The position numbers and the translations under genes are program-made. Below, piece after piece: positions 51,340 through 64,000 of a DNA stretch of 64,000 nt (position 1 is the first letter of the stretch; each line of letters begins with the position of its first letter). The notes below the pieces were generated by a model. It searched no databases, had not been told where the DNA came from, and saw only the letters and a list, made by a program, of their open reading frames with translations. Location of the stretch: positions 71,858,001 to 71,922,000 of the forward strand of contig OX597814.1 of NCBI GenBank assembly GCA_951406725.2, read 5' to 3'. Source of the DNA: Octopus vulgaris (lineage: Eukaryota).

Positions 51340-53343
51340 AATCACATATAAATTTGACATGGGTGATTCTTTCTCGTCATGGGATTCACAGTCAAACAGC
51401 TGGGTGGAATTGCGCGAAAAATTACACAAATGTGTAGAATGATCCAGTGGTATTGCTGAGCTTTTGTATTTTTTCATAGCTCCCATGGTTACCGAGATAA
51501 TCTACTATAATAATACTCTTGTGTTTATCAATGAGAAAGGAAGGGTGAGAGATGAATAAGGAAGGAAGTGGTGATGTCATACTTGGTAGTAGGATGATGA
51601 AAACTGTACACTGAAAAAATAAATCAAACGGCAATTCAACTCTGTGTGATATATGTGAGTGTATGTAAAAGGGTGTGCATGTGTGCAATGAAAGTGGGAT
51701 GGTTCATCCTTTTTCACTTAGTATTTGGGTTTATTTTTTGATTTGGTTGAATCATGGTTGTTTTTTTTTTTTTTTGTTGGTCAGTTATTTTTAGCGCTTT
51801 GACAGAAAAAAGTCATTCTAAAATTGTTTTTTAGCGTAAGCATGCCCAAACAAGTCGAATTTTTATACTGAACGGGTTTTACAGCCATATCATCCAAACC
51901 GACTGGGTGAAATCGGGATTAGCTGCTAGTGTATTATATACAAATATGTACTCAAATTAACATACAAATATGGGTATACATAGTCTTATAAACATACATC
52001 AGTACATGCACAAACACATCCACTCATAAAATCATATATTCTTTTATATGTTTCAGCCTTCAAGCTTCAGCCATGCTGGGGTACCGCCATAAATATATAC
52101 ATACACATATACATATATTATTGAAATTAACACCTAATTGATTTATTTTACTCCATGCCATTGGCTGATTTTAGCTGTTTTTCTTAACTCAAATTCAAAC
52201 TTTAGTATTGTAGATGGGGGTAGCTCAAAGTCTAAGACATGACATTTTGAAAAGCATACCACTTGCAAGTTATTTGCTAGAACATTTTGCATGTTTTCAA
52301 AAAACTTCTTGTGATTCTTCAAGGGCCTGTTGAGTATTGCAGCTCATTTTATCTATGGCTATTATATTTTCTTTATATCAATGTAACCAATGATTGCCAC
52401 TTTTCTATGCAATTCGTTTTATTGATAACTTCAGCGGTGCATCAAAACTGAATAATTAACAAGAGGAAAGACAACTAGTTGGCAAATAGTAATCCAAGAT
52501 TTAACAAAGTACATTAAAACAATCAGATTCATAAACTAAAAGATAAGCATTCACTACAAATATCAAGAAAAGAATTTTATACCCCAATATTCATCTAAAA
52601 CCATTACAATCACTAAAAATGGTAACAGGGTTTATAATTACTATTTCTCTTAACACATCTACAACATAACAATATTGAGTAGCTTTTTTCTTTAGGACCA
52701 GAAAATAGTTCAGTACTTGACATTCATTAGCACTCTCTCTCTCTCTGTCTCTCTCTCTCTCTCTCCAAAACTCAATTGAGGTCTGCAAAGGAGTATATTT
52801 CCCACATCTTGAAAGATACCATTCCTACACATGCATATATCTTCAAATTCACTAAATATTGGTTTACCCAACTGATTTACAAGTTGTACACCAAAATATT
52901 GGCCAAGAGCCATGCCCTCTTCATTCTGCCTTGCTATCTCCATCCAAGCCGAACCAATTCACTCATCTCTCCTCTTTCCATCCTCCATAATGTGTCTGCT
53001 ACCATCCCCAGATTCCACACTTACCGCAAAACCCAATCTTTTCTTTCCAGAAGGAACATTCTGAAATCCCCTCCCTGTTCATGTTTTCCTTATAGTCTGT
53101 GACCTGCACTCATTCAAGAAACATCAACCAAATTCATCAAACCTTTGAAATGAAAGTACATATTCAAAGAGAAGGAAGCCAGAAGATAAAAAGAATTATA
53201 ATTAAGTGAAGCAACAATTTTATAACTTACAGATATAACAGAGCAATTGCTAAAATGTTTCAAAAAATTCCTGACAATTTCCTGTGAAGGTTAAAAATCA
53301 TCCATTTGTAAACAAATATATATCAGAAGTTTTAAATACTTGC

Positions 53344-53527
53344 CACTTCTCTTTTGACATTTGTCTTCTTTGACACACCATAAGCACTTTTCATTGTGGA
53401 CAACATTTCGTAAAGAGGTATTAAAAAGAACTGGTCCCTGCCCCTGAATAAGGCAATCTCCACAGGACTGCAGCAAATCACACACACTACCACAATGATG
53501 GATTGGATCATTATCCACACAAAGCTT
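53344..53527 (-). CDS. Probable host exon encoding a PSI domain (MEGF8/attractin-like); GC-AG donor
   Basis: Polypyrimidine tract + cag acceptor; KLCVDNDPIHHCGSVCDLLQSCGDCLI..CLWCVKEDKCQKRS; donor TG|gcaagt. Similarity to MEGF8 is recalled, not searched. Confidence 0.6.
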
Positions 53528-53984
53528 CTGTTAACAGATATAAAAAAAGGTAAGTCAATATTACAAAATATAAGTATAAAAATAGTAAATATAACCTGCT
53601 TTCTTAAGAGGAATGAATTAAAAATAACATAAAATATTTAAATTTTATCTCCACAAAAGAATGCAGACAAGGATATTAGACTGAAGAGTTCAATCAAACA
53701 TGTAACATAAACACTGTTAAGAAAAAGAGGTGAAATGTTATGAACAGTCATTATTTTGACAATGTAAAAAACTTCTCATCAAAGCCCAAATCCTATATAT
53801 CAATGCCAAAATCCTATTCCCAGCTCTTTAGTATGTTATCTTTTTATCTCCAACTCTACTTAATGTTTTTATTTCTTCTGGTTTTATTAGTTTTGTTACT
53901 TTATTCTAGTTTTGCTAAATATTTTCTTTTCAGGTACATGAAGCCACTGTCCCGAATGTGAGTTTTCTTTTCAGATAAATAAAG

Positions 53985-56900
53985 CCAATGTCCCCCGTCC
54001 CAGGGTCTCACGGCCCACACCTCCCGCACGCTCAGAGTTGGCACTCTCAACATTGGCACACTAAAAGGGAGGTCTAGTGAGATTGTTGAGATGTTTGAAC
54101 GAAGATGTGTTGATATGTGCTGCATCCAAGAAGTAAGGTGGAGAGGAGGTTCTGTTAGGTTCCTCAAACGCAGGTACAAGATTTTCTGGGCGGGGAACAC
54201 TAATGGAGTCGGGGGCGTTGGTATACTTCTCGCTGAAAAATGGGTAGATAAGGTGACTGAGGTAGTCAGAGTATGCGACAGAATACTCAAGATTAGATTA
54301 CTGCCCCATCATGGGTTCGCAACCATTATCTCAGCCTATGCCCCTCAGCCAGGGCTACCTGATGGACAGAAAGACCAATTCTATGACACCCTACTGCAGA
54401 CTACTTTGTTGATGAATGAAAGGGACCTTCTCTTTGTGGCTGGTGACTTCAATTGACATGTTGGACAACATACAGGGGGGTTCCATGGCATACATGGATG
54501 CTACGGCTATGGTTCCCACGAGAAGGGAACCAGGCTGCTGCAGTGCCATGATGCAAATGATCTTATGGTTTGCAATACTAACTTCAAGAAACCTACCAGT
54601 CACCTAGTCACCTACCGATCAGGACAACATACTAGCCAAATTTACTACATCCTTGCCAGAAAAAAGGAAAGATGGCTGCTTATAAATGCCAAAACCTTCC
54701 CAGGCAAAGAATGTACCCCACAACATAGATTGGTAGGTATGTGACTTTAGGATCAGGACTGAATGGACGCCCAGAAGACAACCAACATGGAAAAGAAGGG
54801 TCTCGAAGCTAAAAGATCCTGCAAATGAATAGAGATTTAGAGACATATTACTCAAAGCCTATGACAAGATAGAAGAGGATATAGCTTCACATAGTGTAGA
54901 AGACAATTGGAGGTTTCTACGGGACAACCTGCTGAGAGCCACTGACCAGATCTGTGATGGTGCAAAGTCCCTTCTCAACCCAAAATAACATGCTGATGGA
55001 ACAATGTTGGTGACAGGGCTATTAGACAAAAGAGACAGGCTTGGAAGGACTGGAAGAACGGTGGTAGCAGGAAATCGTATCAGACTGCCAGAAGAGAAGC
55101 TAGGAGACAGGTTTACTTAGTCAGAGTGGAAGCAGACAAGAAAAAATTTGCCAATGTTCTGCGCCATGAGGATCAAAGACTTGCGGTATTTCATGTTGCA
55201 AGACAGTGTGTGAGAGAGAATCGAGATGTTGTAGGAGAGAAATGTGTCCGCATGGATGATAGTTCTCTTGCACTAAATGGAGCTACAAAGAGAGAGGTTT
55301 AGAGATGCCACTATGAAAGGTTGCTGAATAAAGAAAATGAATGGGAGAAAGAGAGTCTGCGGAATGTCGACCAAACAAAGGCACCAGCTATCCGAGTTGA
55401 CAGTTCCTTGGTGAATAATTACAAGTATGAAGACAGGGAAAGCCCCAGGCCCATCAGGAATTACTGCAGAGATGCTCAAAATATCTGGTAGTGTCGGCTA
55501 TAGCCTAGTCACCCATATAGTTAACCAGGTGATACACGAAGGAGTCATACCCAATGACTGGTGTAGCAGCATAATAGTCAACTGCTACAAAGGTAAAGGT
55601 GATGCTCTAGATACAAATAATTACAGAGGTATCAAGCTGTTGGATCAGGTAATGAAGGTCATGGAGAGGGTCATAGCCCAGCTAATTAGCGAGAGAGTCA
55701 GTTTGGATGACATGCACTTTGGTTTCGTGCCAGGGAAAAGCACCACTGATGCTATATTTCTGGTAAGACAGCTGCAGGAGAAATACCTAGCCAAAGATAG
55801 GACCCTGTACCTCGCTTTCGTTGACATGGAGAAAGCCTTTGATAGGGTTCCCCAATCCCTTATCTGGTAGTCAATGAGTAAACTAGGGATAGAAGATTGG
55901 TTAGTGCAAGCCATGTACAGGGATGCTGTCAGCAAGGTGAAGGTTAGCAACAAGTACACTGAAGAATTCAGGGTAGACGTAGGGGTCCACCAAGGTTCAG
56001 TCCTCAGCCCTCTCCTATTTATCATAGTCCTCCAGGCAATAACGGAGGAATTCAAGACAGGATGCCCCTGGGAGCTTCTATATGCTGATGACCTTGCTCT
56101 AATTGCTGAGTCACTATCAGAACTAGAGAAGTTTCAAGTGTGGAAACAAGGATTAGAATCGAAGGGCCTTAGAGTCAACCTAGCTAAAACCAAAATCCTA
56201 ATCAGTAGTAAGGCAGGCAAACCACAAATCCCTTCAGGTAGATAGCCCTACTCAATATGTAGTAGAGGTGCAGGTAGAAACTTTATAAGATGTACCCAGT
56301 GTAAGCTATGGACACATAAGAGGTGCAGTAATATCAAAGGAAGGCTAACTGGGAAGATAGCTTTTGTATGTGGCAGATGCTCGGGTGCAATAAACACTGA
56401 AAATGCGCAGAGGACAACTCCCACCACATTTCAGGGAGAAAAACTAGAAGCAGTTGATAGCTTCCGTTACCTAGGTGACCAAATCAGTAGCGGGGAAGGG
56501 TGCTCTGAAAGTGTAGCAGCTAGTATAAGAATAGCTTGGGCAAAGTTCAGAACACCTTACCCCTGATAGTGACAAAGTGCCTCTCGCTCAGAATAACAGG
56601 CATACTGTATGACGCATGTGTAAGAACAGCCATGCTACATGGCAGTGAAACATGGGCCGTGACTGCTGAGGACATGTATGCTCCAATGGATGTGTTATGT
56701 CAGTGTGCATACTCGACAGAGTGCAAGTATCTTGAGAGAAAAGTTGGACCTAAGAAGCATCAGATGTGGTGTGCAAGAGAGACAACTGCGCTGGTATGGA
56801 CATGTAGCGAGAATGGATGAGGATTGCTGTGTGAAAAAGTGCCACACCCTAGCGGTTAAGAGGTAGACCCAGAAAGACCTGGGATGAAGTGGTGAAGCAC

Positions 56901-57608
56901 GACCTTCAAACTTTAGGCCTCACCAAGGAAATGACTAGTGACCAAGACCTTTGCTTGAGAAGATCTGGCAAGCCAAATGAGACCATAACCTCGTGGCCTA
57001 TGCCAGGGGCATAACCAGCCCACTTGTATATACCTTTCCCTTCTTTCGACACTAAACTCTGCTTGCGAAGACCTGTTGAGGCAAGTGAAATCAAAATCAA
57101 AATCAAAGTGAAATTCGATGAGGGCCATGAGCACCATACGAGCGTGATCATTGACAGAGCAGCTAATCGGCTTCAATGCCAGTGGAGTGATAACAGCTCC
57201 ATCCAGGCAGGATCACTGCCGGAGCAGCTGTCCGGCTTCCATGCCGGTGGCACGTAAAAAGCACCATTTGAGCGTGATCGTTACCAGCGTCACCTTACTG
57301 GCACATGAACAAAACATTCGAGCAGAGTCATTGCCAGTGCCGCTGGACTGACTCCTGTGTGGGTGGCACATAAAAAAGCACCATTTTGAGTGCAGCCATT
57401 GCTAGTACAGCCAGACTGGCCCTTGTCTCGGTGGCACGTAAAAGAACCCACTACACTCGCAGAGTGGTTGGCATTAGGAAGGGCATCCAGCTGTACAAAC
57501 TCTGCCAGATCAGATTGGAGCCTGGTGCAGCCATCTAGTTCGCCAGTCCTCAGTCAAATCGTCTAACCCATGCTAGCATGGAAAGCGGACATTTAATGAT
57601 GATGATGT

Positions 57609-57610
<2 letters not shown>
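53985..57610 (+). mobile_element. Near full-length decayed RTE LINE with repetitive 3' UTR and (GAT)n tail
   Basis: LRVGTLNIGTL, CIQEVRW, SAYAPQ, YADD, RWYGHV; repeated ggcacgtaaaaagcacc modules in the 3' UTR. Confidence 0.92.
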
Positions 57611-57644
<34 letters not shown>

Positions 57645-57654
57645 ACATATTTTT

Positions 57655-58979
57655 TTTTCTCTAGTTTCAGCTCAGAGATGCGGCTATGCTGATGCACCGC
57701 TGTTTTGTGCTTCACTGTTATTGTGAAGAACCTCGTCTAATATGTGGCACTTGGTGAAGAATGGAGTTTGATATAGCTACTCTCATTTGCACCTCTTGCC
57801 GTGAGGTAGGTTCATCTGGGACTCTCAACAGGAAGAGGTCCAGATTTGATTTAAAAACCGCTACATCTAGTTTGTGCAAGTTCCTCAGACACTTTGGGAG
57901 AATATTAAAAAGCTGTGGGCCCTTGAAACCCAGGCTGTTGCAGAAGCTGGTCCTGAAGCATGATGGCATTGCTGGGATCTTTGGCACTATGCAGTGTCAT
58001 CCCGTTCTAGCATTGGTGTGGCTTACAATGCCAAAGTTTGGCACAATTCCTTCCAGGATCTTCCAGACATATATTACTGCATACCTCTCCCGTCTTCTCT
58101 CCAGGGAGTAGAGTCTTAGCTGTTTCAACCTTTCCCAGTAGCTGAGCTGTTGCAAAGAGACGATCTTCTTTGTGAATCTTCTCTGGATTGCTCCAAGGTC
58201 CGCTGTTAATTTTACACTGGTGGGTGACCATAGCTGTGAGCAGTAATCCAGGCGGCTGAGAACAAATGTCCGACAGAGGACCATCATGGTTTCCTTATCT
58301 CTGGTTCTGAATGTTCTTAGGACCCACTCAGCCAGTCGTCTGCACTTTGTCGCCATCCTGGTAATGTGCACTTGGAAAGAGGTATCATCACTCATGTCGA
58401 TACACAGGTCCATCACAGACTTAGGCTCTGGGATTGAAATTCCCTGTGAACCGGTGTATCCAGTAAGTTTAATATTCAGTTTTGGATGCGAGTAGCGCAG
58501 GGCCTGGAATTTTTCAGCATTAAACTGCATATAATTATCCTCAGCTCATCTGTAGATTGAGTCCAACTCCTGCTGCAGGTGTACAACATCGCTGGGGTTC
58601 TGTATATTCTGTGAAACTTTCGTATCATATGCATAGCTTGCCAGAGTGGCTATCCGGGCATTTGAGGGCATATCTGAGAGGGCCATTATAAAAAGCAGTG
58701 GTCCCAAGACAGTGCCTTGTGGAACACCGCTCACTATTTGTGTGTTTATAGAGGTGGCTCCATTTGCCACTAGTGCCTGACTCCTATCTTTCAGGAAGTC
58801 AAGTAACCACATTCCAAGTTTCCAGCTATGCTGAGGTCACGCAGTTTGTGGTATATCATACCATGATCCACCATGTCAAAAGCTTTTGCAAAATCAAGGT
58901 AAATTACGTCCACATTTCATTTGCTGAGTATCTGCCTCAACATCGAGTCATAATGTAGTAAGAGCTGGGTCAGGCAACT

Positions 58980-58981
<2 letters not shown>
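57655..58981 (-). mobile_element. Decayed CR1-group LINE (third subfamily), 3' part
   Basis: [27 protein letters not shown]; same 3' motif. Confidence 0.88.
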
Positions 58982-59037
<56 letters not shown>

Positions 59038-59562
59038 CATATATACATATATATATATATTTACATATATACATATATATATATATATATTTACATATAT
59101 ATATTTACATATATACATATATATATATATATACATATATATATTTACATATATACATATATATATATATATATTTACATATATATATTTACATATATAC
59201 ATATATATATATATATATTTACATATATATATTTACATATATACATATATATATATATATATTTACATATATATATTTACATATATACATATATATATTT
59301 ACATATATACATATATATATTTACATATATACATATATATATTTACATATATACATATATATATATATATTTACATATATACATATATATATTTACATAT
59401 ATACATATATACATATATATATACATATATACATATATATATTTACATATATACATATATACATATATATATATATATTTACATATATACATATATATAT
59501 ATATATATTTACATATATACATATATATATATATATATTTACATATATACATATATATTTAC

Positions 59563-59716
<154 letters not shown>

Positions 59717-59881
59717 CATAAGGGACTAAAGCCATCTGAATATGGCTAGGGACAGGGCAGGGTGGTGGGGGTGTTACTGTTGCATTTAGCCCCAGGCGAA
59801 CATCGACGTCACCAGAAAGGCTCGACACCGTCACGGTGCCCTAAACCTGCAAAGGGAGGTAATTCCCCGATGAAGCGGAAA

Positions 59882-59931
59882 CCACACACGGACCATGGTT
59901 TCAAGGTGTATTGCCTATCATCGGCGTGTGG
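59882..59931 (-). ncRNA. Type-I hammerhead (CCGAUGA core)
   Basis: Reverse complement of 60692-60741. Confidence 0.8.
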
Positions 59932-60241
59932 TAGGCCTCCGCTTCCTCGACGAATTCTCACTCTGCAGGATTTTCTTATATAGATTTTCAAGCAAAATAC
60001 ATTTGCTGATTTCGAAAATCTGTTCGAAAGCAATAATAATTCTCTAAAAGGGATACAGACAGTAACTGCTCGATAACATAAGGGACTAAAGCCATCTGAA
60101 TATGGCTAGGGACAGGGCAGGGTGGTGGAGGTGTTACTGTTGCATTTAGCCCCAGGCGAACATCGACGTCACCAGAAAGGCTCGACACCGTCACGGTGCC
60201 CTAAACCTGCAAAGGGAGGTAATTCCCCGATGAAGCGGAAA

Positions 60242-60291
60242 CCACACACGGACCATGGTTTCAAGGTGTATTGCCTATCATCGGCGTGTGG
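60242..60291 (-). ncRNA. Type-I hammerhead (CCGAUGA core)
   Basis: Reverse complement of 60692-60741. Confidence 0.8.
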
Positions 60292-60691
60292 TAGGCCTCC
60301 GCTTCCTCGACGAATTCTCGCTCTGCAGGATTTTCTTATATAGATTTTCAAGCAAAATACATTTGCTGATTTCGAAAATCTGTTCGAAAGCAATAATAAT
60401 TCTCTAAAAGGGATATAGACAGTAACTGCTCGATAACATAAGGGACTAAAGCCATCTGAATATGGCTAGGGACAGGGCAGGGTGGTGGGGGTGTTACTGT
60501 TGCATTTAGCCCCAGGCGAACATCGACGTCACCAGAAAGGCTTGACACCATCACGGCGTCCTCTATCCTGCAAAGGGAGATAATTATTATTGCTTTCGAA
60601 CAGATTTTCGAAATCAGCAAATGTATTTTGCTTGAAAATCTATATAAGAAAATCCTGCAGAGTGAGAATTCGTCGAGGAAGCGGAGGCCTA

Positions 60692-60741
60692 CCACACGCC
60701 GATGATAGGCAATACACCTTGAAACCATGGTCCGTGTGTGG
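60692..60741 (+). ncRNA. Type-I hammerhead (CCGAUGA core, palindromic stem III)
   Basis: cacacg-CCGATGA-t agg caataca cct t-GAAA-ccatgg-TC-cgtgtg; cut after 60732. Confidence 0.82.
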
Positions 60742-60952
60742 TTTCCGCTTCATCGGGGAATTACCTCCCTTTGCAGGTTTAGGGCACCGTGACGGTGTCG
60801 AGCCTTTCTGGTGACGTCGATGTTCGCCTGGGGCTAAATGCAACAGTAACACCCCCACCACCCTGCCCTGTCCCTAGCCATATTCAGATGGCTTTAGTCC
60901 CTTATGTTATCGAGCAGTTACTGTCTATATCCCTTTTAGAGAATTATTATTG

Positions 60953-61059
<107 letters not shown>

Positions 61060-61089
61060 TATATATACATATATATATATTTACATATA

Positions 61090-61125
<36 letters not shown>

Positions 61126-61219
61126 CATATATATATATTTATATATATACATATATATATATATATTTACATATATATATATTTATATATATACATATAT
61201 ATATATATATTTACATATA

Positions 61220-61306
<87 letters not shown>

Positions 61307-61394
61307 CATATATATATATATACTGACATATATACATATATATATATATTGACATATATATATATTTTATTTTACTTTATTTTTTTATTTTATT

Positions 61395-64000
61395 TAGTTT
61401 CAGCTCACAAGCTGTGGCCATGCTGGGGCACCGCCATTTGGTGTTGCTACATGATTTTACTTCACGAAAGCTTTTTAGCAAATGCCATCTGGTGCATGAG
61501 AGAGTTTGATGCAGCTGCCCTCATCTGCACCTCCTGCCGTGAAGTTGGTTCATCTGGGACACCTGACAAGAAGAGATCCAGTTTCATTTTAAAGACAACT
61601 GCATCCACCCCATGCAGGTCTCTTAGGTTCTTCGGGAGGATATTGAAGAGCTGTGGGCCTCTGAAGCCCAGGCTATCACAGTATCTTGTCCTGTATCTTG
61701 ATGGCAAATTTGGAGTCCTTGGCACTATGCAGTGGCGCCCAGTTCTGGCATTTGTGTAACTCTTGATGCCAAAGTTTGGGACAAGTCCTTCTAGGATCTT
61801 CCAGATGTATATTATGGCATATCTTTCTCGCCTACGCTCTAAGGAATAGAGTCTCAATCGCTTGAGTCTTTCCCAATAGCTTATATGCTGCACAGAGGCT
61901 ATCTTCTTCGTCTAGCTTCGTTGGATCGCCTCAAGTTCTGTGATTAACTTGACACTTGATGGTGACCATGGCTGAGAGCAATAGTCAAAGTGGCTTAGGT
62001 CTAGTGCCCTCCAGAGGACCATCATGGTTTCCTGGTCTCTTGTTCTAAAGCTTCTAAGAATCCATCCGGTCAGCCGCCTACATTTCATTGCCAATTTAGC
62101 AACATGCACATGAAAAGTTGCATCATCACTCATGTGAATACCCAGGTCTCGCACTGATTGTGCCTCTGGGATTGCAATGCCTCCAGGTCCAGTGTATTTA
62201 TTGGGTATTGCATTTAGTTTTGCATGCTGATAGTATAAAGCTTGAAACTTTTCAGCATTGAACTGCATGCTATTCTTTTCAGCCGACTTGTATATTTTGT
62301 CCAGCTCAGATTGCAGGTGCTTAGTGTTTTCAGGGTTCTGTATTGCCTGTGAAACTTTTGTATCATCTGCATAACTTGTGATTGTGGCTCTCTGTGTGGC
62401 TGAGGGCATGTCTGAGAGGGCCATTATGAGCAGCAGTGGTTCCAAAACAGTGCCTTGCGGAACACTGCTCACTATTTGCGTGTTAATGGAAGTGGCCCCA
62501 TTGGCTACTACCACCTGACTTCTATCCTTCAGAAAGTCATGAAGCCATTCTCCCAATTTTCCAACTATGCCAAGATCACACAGTTTGTGACATATCATAC
62601 CATGATCGACTTTATCAAAGGCCTTTGCAAAGCCGAGATATATCACTTCCACATTTGAGTGGTTGATCAGTCGTTTCAGCACCCAGTCACAGTGTTAAGC
62701 AGCTTCTTCCTGGTCGGAAACCATGCTGGGTGTCAGGCAGCAAGTCATTTTCTTCAAGGAAGGTGATTAGTTTCCTTCTGACTATTCGTTCCATGACCTT
62801 GCTGATGTGTGAGGTTAGAGAGATAGGTCTGTACTTCTTGGCCTCTGCTCTGCTACCTCCTTTATGAATAGGGCACATTTTACCTTCCTTCAGTTTTCTT
62901 GGAAGTTTGCCAGTTGCAAGGAAGCTCTGAAAGAGGAACTGCAGTGGTCTTGCTAGGACTCTCTTACATACTTTTAGAAAGATTGCTGGGAATCCATCAG
63001 GGCCAGTAGCTGAGTTTGTTTTCATTTCATCAATAGCCTTTATTACATCGTCTTCCTTTATATCGATGTAATCAATCATCGCTGCCTCTGATTTTATATC
63101 TACAGTGGTAAAGAAGTCAGTTGGAGTGCTGACTTGAAAATGCCCTAGGGGTGGAGTGAAAATACTCTTGAATTATTCAGTTAGTATTTCACTTACCTTC
63201 ATTGGATTTCCTGTGAGTGTGCCATCCTTTTAAAGGAGTGGCCCTATCCTACAGTGCACCATAGCTGTTTCTTTGGTATACCTGTAGAAAGCTCTGGGGT
63301 TAGATTTTATGTTGTCTATAGCCCAGGCTTCTTTGTCTGCTCTTCCTTTTTCATGGGTGAGTTGCAGACATTTTTCAATTTCCAACAGTTTTATTTTCAG
63401 GTGGGACTTTTCACTGCTTTCAATTTGTTTGTTTAGGCGATTTGAAACTTTTGTACGCCGTTTCATTAGAATTTTCCTCTCTCTGGGGATTTTGTTCTTG
63501 TGTACAGTGGCCTTTCTCTCTGGGACACATTTGTAGTATGTAGCTTGAATTACAGACGTCGATGTCTGGCGAGGAGAGACATTAAGGCCAGTTTTGTTTG
63601 AGGATCTCTTTCTCAATTTGTTTCCAGTTTGCCTTATGAAAGTTCAAGCTGGAAAGATTCTGAGAGTTTCTTGTAGGCTGCATGTCCATGCTTTCCATTG
63701 GCCCGTACATGGTCAGCTCTACCATGTTGTGATCCGAGAGTAGTGTCGGCGTCACTTTCTCATTATGGATGAGATCCATATTATTTGTGAAGCAGAGATC
63801 CAGTATGTTACCTGCCCTGGTTGGTTGGAGTATTAATTGTTCCATGTACAGGGTGTTGATGAGATTCAGGAGGGACCTTGCCTGTCCTCGTTCACATCGT
63901 GTCATTCTTGGGAGAGAAAGGCCCTCAGGCCATCTGACATTGGGTAGATTGAAGTCTCCCATGAGAAGTACACTTATGTGTTGTTCTAATGTGATTAGAA
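61395..64000 (-). mobile_element. Decayed CR1-group LINE subfamily A, continues beyond the window
   Basis: Five broken ORFs (61462-63962) collinear with 4764-7871. Confidence 0.93.

Noticed and set aside
59866-59893. Opposite-polarity hammerhead (CCGATGA-agcg-GAAA-cc..gg-AC)
   Set aside because: No stem II, no UH triplet, no stem I; better explained as the anti-core strand.
60826-60900. Twister- or HDV-like motifs (TAACAC..GTCCCTAGCC; GGCTAA) in the repeat
   Set aside because: The required helices and pseudoknots could not be built.

Overview
Eukaryotic, repeat-saturated window. The SINE families, RTE LINEs and kb-long (TA)n tracts suggest an octopus/cephalopod genome (inference from recalled repeat families). 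It is probably intronic: only one plausible host exon was found (MEGF8/attractin-like PSI domain, minus strand, 53344-53527). The window is a stack of retroelements, many inserted into (TA)n microsatellites: CR1-group LINEs (two with intact ORF2), RTE LINEs, Penelope-like GIY-YIG elements, tRNA SINEs, a non-autonomous Helitron and an LTR/PBS remnant. The most interesting layer is RNA-level. About a dozen type-I hammerhead ribozyme (HHR) motifs can be read by eye. They include a ~360-bp non-coding tandem repeat (retrozyme/circular-RNA-like) at 27 kb and 60 kb; one array starts at the predicted self-cleavage site and the unit carries an 'anti-hammerhead' strand. Also seen: fold-back HHR insertions, a possibly strand-permuted HHR, a LINE copy with clustered A-to-G changes (fossil ADAR hyper-editing), a SINE/LINE shared 3' stem-loop, and in-phase slippery heptamers in the LINE ORF1/ORF2 overlap. 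All YI/CV/HT-repeat ORFs are microsatellite artefacts. All structures were folded by eye; nothing was computed.
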